Shown here in pieces: positions 58,090 through 64,000 of a stretch of DNA of 64,000 nt. How positions within the stretch are numbered: position 1 is the first letter of the stretch; the number at the start of each line of letters is the position of its first letter. The notes beneath the pieces were generated by a model. That model made no database searches, was not told the DNA's origin, and saw only the letters and a program-made list of their open reading frames with translations. Position numbers and translations under genes: made by a program. The stretch lies in assembly GCF_009914755.1 (NCBI RefSeq), contig NC_060944.1; one strand, 5' to 3'. This DNA comes from the human T2T-CHM13v2.0 reference genome, Homo sapiens.

Positions 58090-58330
58090 TTATTTTTAAA
58101 CACTTACTGAGTACTCGCCACTATTCTAAACATTCCCATAAAAAGTGTGTTTTTGACCTTTAAGGAGATCACAGTCTAGTTAGCAAAGAGAGAGATGTGA
58201 ATAAAACAAACAAACAAAAACCCTCAATGAATTCAAGGTTATAAATGCAGTATTTCAAATATGAAAAAAATATATATTTAGAAATAACAAGGAAGAGACT
58301 CTATCTAAGGCAGTCATAGAAGGCTCCTGT
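58090..58330 (-). mobile_element. L2 fragment
   Basis: aaacacttactgagtact...gacctttaaggagatcacagtctagt. Confidence 0.5.
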
Positions 58331-58344
58331 TGGCCATAAAATGG

Positions 58345-61207
58345 CAGTTAATACAATCCAGCAATTCAGCTCCTAGGCTTCTAACCTGGAGAAATTAGAA
58401 CATGTCCACATGAAGACAGATATAGCAGCATTTTATTTATTATTATTTTTTATTAAAAAACTTTTAGGTTTGAGGTTACCTGTGCAGGTTTGTTACATAG
58501 GTAAACTCATGTCATGGGGGTTTGTTGTACAGATTATTTCATCACCTAGGTATTAAGCCTAATACCCAATAGTTACCTTTTCTGCTCCCCTCCTTCCTCT
58601 CACCCTCCACCCTCAAGTAGACTCTAAGGTCTGTTGTTCCCTTCTTTGTGTTCATGAGTTCTCATCATTTAGCTCTCACTTATTGAGTGAGAACACACAC
58701 TATTTGGTTTTGTTCTTGCATTAGTTTGCTAAAGATAATAGCCTCCAGCTCCATTCACGTTCCAGCAAAACACATGATCTCATTCTTTTTTTTATGGCTG
58801 CATAGTATTTCGTGGTGTAAATGTACCACATTTTCTTTATCCAATATGTCACTGATGAGTATGTAGGTTGATTCCATGTCATTGCTATTGTGAATAGCGT
58901 TGCAACGAACATTCACATGCATGTGTTGTTATAGTAATTAATATTCCCCTGGATATATACCCCCAATGGGACACTGGATCAAATGGTAGTTCTGCTTTTA
59001 GCTTTTTGAGAATTGCCATACTGCTTTCCACAATGGTCTAACTAATTTATGCTTCTACCAACAGTTTATAGGTGTTTCCTTTTCTCTGCACCCTCGCCAG
59101 CATCTGTTATTTTTTGACTTTTTAATAATATCCATTTTGACTGGTATAGATGGTATCTCACTGTGGTTTTGATTTGCATTTCTCTAATGATCAGTGATAT
59201 TGAGCTTTTTTCCCATAGGCTTATTAGCCACATGTATGTCTTCTTTTGAGAAGTTCATGTCTTTTGCCCACTTTTTAATGAAGCTATTTTTCTCTTGTAA
59301 ATTTGTTTAAGTTCTCTATAGATGCTGGATATTAGTCCTTTGTCAAATGCATGGTTAGCAAATATTTTCATCCATTCTGTAGGTTGTCTGTTTACTCTGT
59401 TGATTGTTTCTTTTGCTGTGCAGAAGCTCTTATGTTTAATTATATCCCACTTGAAAATTTTTGCTCTTGTTAGAATTGCTTTTGGTGTCTTTGTCATGAA
59501 ATCTTTGCGGGTTCCTATATCCGGGATGGTATTGCTTTGGTTGTCTTCAAGGGTTTTTATAGTGTTGAGTTTTACATTTAAGTCTTTAATTCATTTTGAG
59601 TTGATTTTTACGTATGGTATAAGGAAGGAGTCCAGCTTAAATCTTCTGCATATGGCCAGCCAGTTATCCCAGCAGCATTTATTAACTAGGGATTCTTTTC
59701 GCCATTGCTTGTTTTTGTCACTTTTGTTAAAGATCAGATAGTTGTAGGTTCGTGGCCTCATTTCTGGGCCTTCTATGCTGTTCCGTGGGTCTATGTGTCT
59801 GTTTTTGTACCAGTGCCATGCTGTTTTGTTTACTGTAGCCCTGTAGTATACTTTGAAGTCAAGTAATGTGATGCCTTCAGCTTTGTTCTTTTTGCTTAGG
59901 ATTGCCTTGGCTATTCTGGCTCTTTTTTGGTTCCATAAACATTTTACAATAGTTTTTTCTAGTTCTGTGAATAATGTCATTGGTAGTTTGATAAGAATAG
60001 CATTGAATCTGTAAATTGCTTTGGGCAGTATGGCCATTTTAATGATATTGGTTTTTCCTATCCATGAGCATAGGATGTTTTTTCATTTGTTTGTGTTGTC
60101 TCTGATTTCTTTGAGCAGTGCTTTGTAATTCTCATTGTAGAGATCCTTCACTTCTTTGGTTAGCTGTATTCCTAGGTATTTTATTATTTTTGTGGCAATT
60201 GTGAATGGGATTGCCTTTCTGATTTGGCTCTCGGCTTGGGTGTTGTTGGTGTATAGGAATGCTAGTGATTTTTGCACATTGATTTTTTATCCTGAAACTT
60301 TGCTGAAGTTGTTTATCAGCTGAAGGAGCTTTTGGGCTGAGATTATGGGGTTTTCTAGATACAGCATTTTGTCATCTGAAAACAGAGATAGTTTGAATTC
60401 CTCTCTTCCTATTTGGATGTCCTTTATTACCTTTTCTTGCCTGATTACTCTGGTCAGGACTTCCAATACTATGTTGAATGGGAGTGGTAAGAGGGGACAT
60501 CCTTGTCTTGTGTCAGTTTGCAAGGGGAATGCTTCTAGCTTTTGCCCATTTAGTATAATATTGGCTGTGGGTTTGTCATATGTGGCTCTTATTATTTTGA
60601 GGTATGTTCCTTCAATACCTAGTTTATTGAGAGTTTTCAACATGAAAGGGTGTTGAATTTTATCAAAAGCCTTTTCTGCATCTATTGAGATAATCATGTG
60701 GGTTTTGTCTTTAGTTCTGTTTATGTGATGAATCACATTTATTGGTTTGCATATGTTGAATGAACTTTGCATCCCAGGGATGAAGCCTACTTGATTATGG
60801 TGGATTCACTTTTTGATGTGCTTATAGCAGCATTTCAATTAATAATCCCAAACTGGAAACAGTCCAATGTCCATCCAATGGTGATTGGATAAACACAATT
60901 TAGTGCATTCATAAAATGGAGTATTATGTAGTAATGAAAAAGAACAAACCGCTGAAACATGTAACAATATAAATGAATATCAAAACATTACACTAAGTGA
61001 TAAATGCCAGAAATACTAAAAGCATATTTGTACTTGCCTGGGCTGAGGATAGGGGCATGGATTGATTGCAAGCAGAAATGAGGCAACTTCAAGGTTGATG
61101 AAAGTATTCTACACAACTGAATATCTTTACTAGAAATCATCAAACTGTATAGTTTCAATGTGTGAATTGTATGCTGTGTCAGTTAAACCTCAACGAAGCT
61201 GTTAAAA
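58345..61207 (+). mobile_element. Ancient L1M 3' end split by an L1PA
   Basis: cagcaattcagctcctagg before the insertion; aaactggaaac...tgtccatc...aacctcaacgaagctgttaaaa after it. Confidence 0.7.
58434..60822 (-). mobile_element. L1PA13/14-like, 5'-truncated (2.4 kb)
   Basis: ORF 60287-60772 is L1 RT (SLFSDD); exact 13-bp TSD tatagcagcattt (58421-58433 / 60823-60835). Confidence 0.93.
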
Positions 61208-61324
61208 GCATTGCTGTAGTATCACCTGGGCATGGCAGTTTTTAACCCTAAGGTGATAAATATATCCCAAGCACATATATGCATGTGAATTCTACAAAGG
61301 TCTGGTTTTGCTCATCAGAGACCC

Positions 61325-61773
61325 ATTATGTTAGGCTAATGCTAGCAGGTATAACTGATACATTCAATATCTCCAAGAGTTAAAATAATAGAAATGTATT
61401 CCTTGTTGCTATTAGTCTATAACAAACACTTCCCATTTGGCAGGCAGCCCTCCATCATGTACTTTTTCAGGGCCCCAAGCTTTTCCTATTTTGTGACTTT
61501 GATATTTCCAAAATACTTTCTAAGATTGTGCTGTTCATCAGCATCAAGCCAAGGCAAGATAAAGAGAGCATGAAGGAACACATGTGGTGGTGGTAGTGCA
61601 GTTTAAAGGCCAGGTCTGGAAGTGATAGGCTTCATTTCTACTCACATTCCATTGACTAAGACTCTATGATGTGGCCATATCTAAAGGCAAGGAATGCTGG
61701 GAACATCATCTAGCAATGGGCTCAGGATAGAGAGAAGACAAGTTTAATGAGATGCTGGCTGGGTTCAACCATA
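61325..61773 (-). mobile_element. MLT1J-like LTR
   Basis: ggccaggtctggaagtg...tctactcacattccattg...aaaggcaaggaatgctgggaa. Confidence 0.7.
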
Positions 61774-62829
61774 TCAGCTGTACCTATTTCCCTTCTCATC
61801 TCTTTTTACTTGCCCATTTGAGGTTTGCAACTGATATACAGAGACACACTGGCCAGATAAGGATGCTATTTCCAGTGATTAACTGATTTTAAAGAGAGAG
61901 TCCTTCCTGACATTACTGGCCATGAGCATCAGACGATGTTGTTTTTGTTGCATCATTATGTACTGCACTTATCTTTGTCTAGAATGTGCAGTGGAACTCA
62001 TAAAAGAGGATTGTGCTGATATTTGAACTGTTCTATAGTTATACATCAGACTGTGGCAGCAATTACAAACATCATCCCTCCATGACACTTATTTTTCCCT
62101 GCGGACTTGGAAATTTGTGGATTAGGCCTGACTGGTGAAAATGAGTGCGTTTAGCCTTTGAAGGAGCCTATTTCCAGTGATGGGGCAGGCTTCATGATGG
62201 CAGAATTTGGCTCATTACCTGTAATGACTTTTGTGACTTAACAATCTGAGCAAAGTCCCCATCTGAGCAAAGTGATGGCTGCTATTTAGAGAACAGATCG
62301 ATGCAACCACATATGACATCAATATTCTAGCTAATTAGAGTTTTACACACAGAGACCACTGGTAGAAGTCATAAAAACAATGGTGCCCCCTTTGTTGACA
62401 GACCCTAACCTATTTCATGCTCAGCTCTTCTAATTCCCTGCCTCATAAAGAAATTATTTAAGAGGGTTTATTAAAGCTTTCAGCGTCCTCATAAAATAGT
62501 CCTAGCATGGTAGGAAGAGGGTATTGATGGATTGTCCATTATTAGCTGTGTGTGAGATCTGGAGAAAGGGCTGATGCTTGTTGCGTCTCATGATGGAAGA
62601 CCAGAAGTGCTTAATTACACTGAAGCACTATTATCCCAGCAGCAATTCTGTTATCACTATAAACACTTGAAATCTTTAGGATGAACTGCTCTGACTCAAT
62701 AGTGGTAATTGACTGGAAAGGAGCATTTAAAAAGTTCTGCTTGTACCTTTCCACTTGTCTTGGGAACTCAAGTGTTCCTGCCTAAAACCTTCCAATGCCA
62801 TCCCAGCACAGAAAGAATGTCCCGCCTCA

Positions 62830-63280
62830 GCCTCATGGGGTCCAGCCCCACTCACCTCTCCAGAATCATCTCCATCTACCCTGCACTTCTGGCATCCCTG
62901 CCATCCTGGCTTTTTCTCTTTCTCAAACAAACCAAGGGTACTTTGCCCTGGCAGATTTTCTATTTACTGTTCTCTCAACTTGGAGTCTCTCTTCCCCTAG
63001 CTCTTCACAAGGCCAGCTCTTTTTTACCTCTAAGTTTTCAGCCGAAACATCACCTCCTCTAGGAGGCCTTCCTTTACTATTCAATCTAACATTATCCATC
63101 CCTCTTTCCCATCATCTGATTCTATTTTCTTCGTAACATTTTGTCATCGTAATACTTCCTTAATTTATCTGGTTTCTTATTGTCTGTGTTTCCTGATAGA
63201 ATATTAGTCCCATCAGGGCAGAAGTCTTTTTTTCTGTCTTGTCATTAATTTTAGCACCCAGAACTGTGATGCTTGAATAG
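62830..63280 (+). mobile_element. L2a-like fragment
   Basis: ctggctttttctct...catcacctcctctaggaggccttcc...tagaatattagtcccatcagggcaga. Confidence 0.7.
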
Positions 63281-63281
63281 C

Positions 63282-63741
63282 TGTGTGAAAATAAGCAAAG
63301 ACCACTTAAATGAGAGCAAGTGAAGGCTACTTATTCAGAGCTTGTTCTGGCAAGAGAATCAACATCATTTGCATTTGGCAGAGACTCAAAGGTAGGTAGA
63401 GGAGTGGGAAAGCTCTGGAGTTAGAAAAAAGGGAGGGCTTCAGATGTGCACTGATTGGAGGCTGCTGGCATGAGGAAGCTGGAGGTGAGCTAAATAGATG
63501 TGGGGTATCCTACAGAATGGGTTACGGCGGGGTGTATTTGGCTTTCTCCAGTTGTTTTCACATTGGAAGCAGAGGCCAAATTTAGGGAGGCTGACAGTTA
63601 TTAATCAAGTCCTGGCCATTTTCAGCCAATTGCTACAGAGGCTGTGGTTTGGCTTCCAGCAGCAGTTGCTTCAGGTTGTGGGTAAGAGTTCTATTTTTAC
63701 ACACAGCCTGGTCATTGTCTGTTTGTGTATTCAGTCTCTCA
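63282..63741 (-). mobile_element. ERV1-class solo LTR (MER89/MER110-like)
   Basis: TG...CA termini; ggttgtgggtaagagttctattttt...tggtcattgtctgtttgtgtattcagtctctca. Confidence 0.6.
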
Positions 63742-64000
63742 GAAGCAACTCAGCACACATTCTTTATTTAAGGTCTTTTCTGCTTTGATTTTGCATCTGG
63801 CATTCATTTTTCTACTCATTGTTCATATTTTTCTTCTTTCCCTCTTTCACAGAAAACCTTCTTTCTTTAGGACCTTATCTTTGGACAGATCATTTATCTC
63901 AAATGGCATTTTATTCATTGGGATCACACAACCATTATGCTTATACTACACATTGTTCCAATGGGATGTATACATAGGCATTAACCTGTCTCCAGGCTCA

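Overview
Primate (human-like) AT-rich genomic DNA, mostly interspersed repeats: Alu J/S/Y, L1s from ancient L1M to a full-length but dead L1PA2/3, MaLR/ERV solo LTRs, MER5/MER44 DNA transposons, MIR and L2. I see no intact cellular gene, RNA gene or CRISPR array, and nearly all ORF-track entries are L1- or Alu-derived or chance ORFs. The main non-repeat signal is a chain of minus-strand exon-like segments in the unique islands between repeats (about 14.5-14.8, 21.3, 23.6-25.6, 27.2/31.8, 36.4-36.7 and possibly 45.7 kb). Several have canonical splice sites, short introns and compatible phases, and their translations show internally repeated, ubiquitin-like (beta-grasp) patterns. The upstream exons carry stops, frameshifts and L1 insertions. 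This is best read as a candidate unitary pseudogene that I cannot name. Other notable structure: an A-X-B-A'-B' complex duplication, a twin-primed L1 inversion, a templated THE1 fragment insertion and several nested LTR stacks with target-site duplications (TSDs). Repeat subfamily names come from recalled consensus motifs and are approximate.
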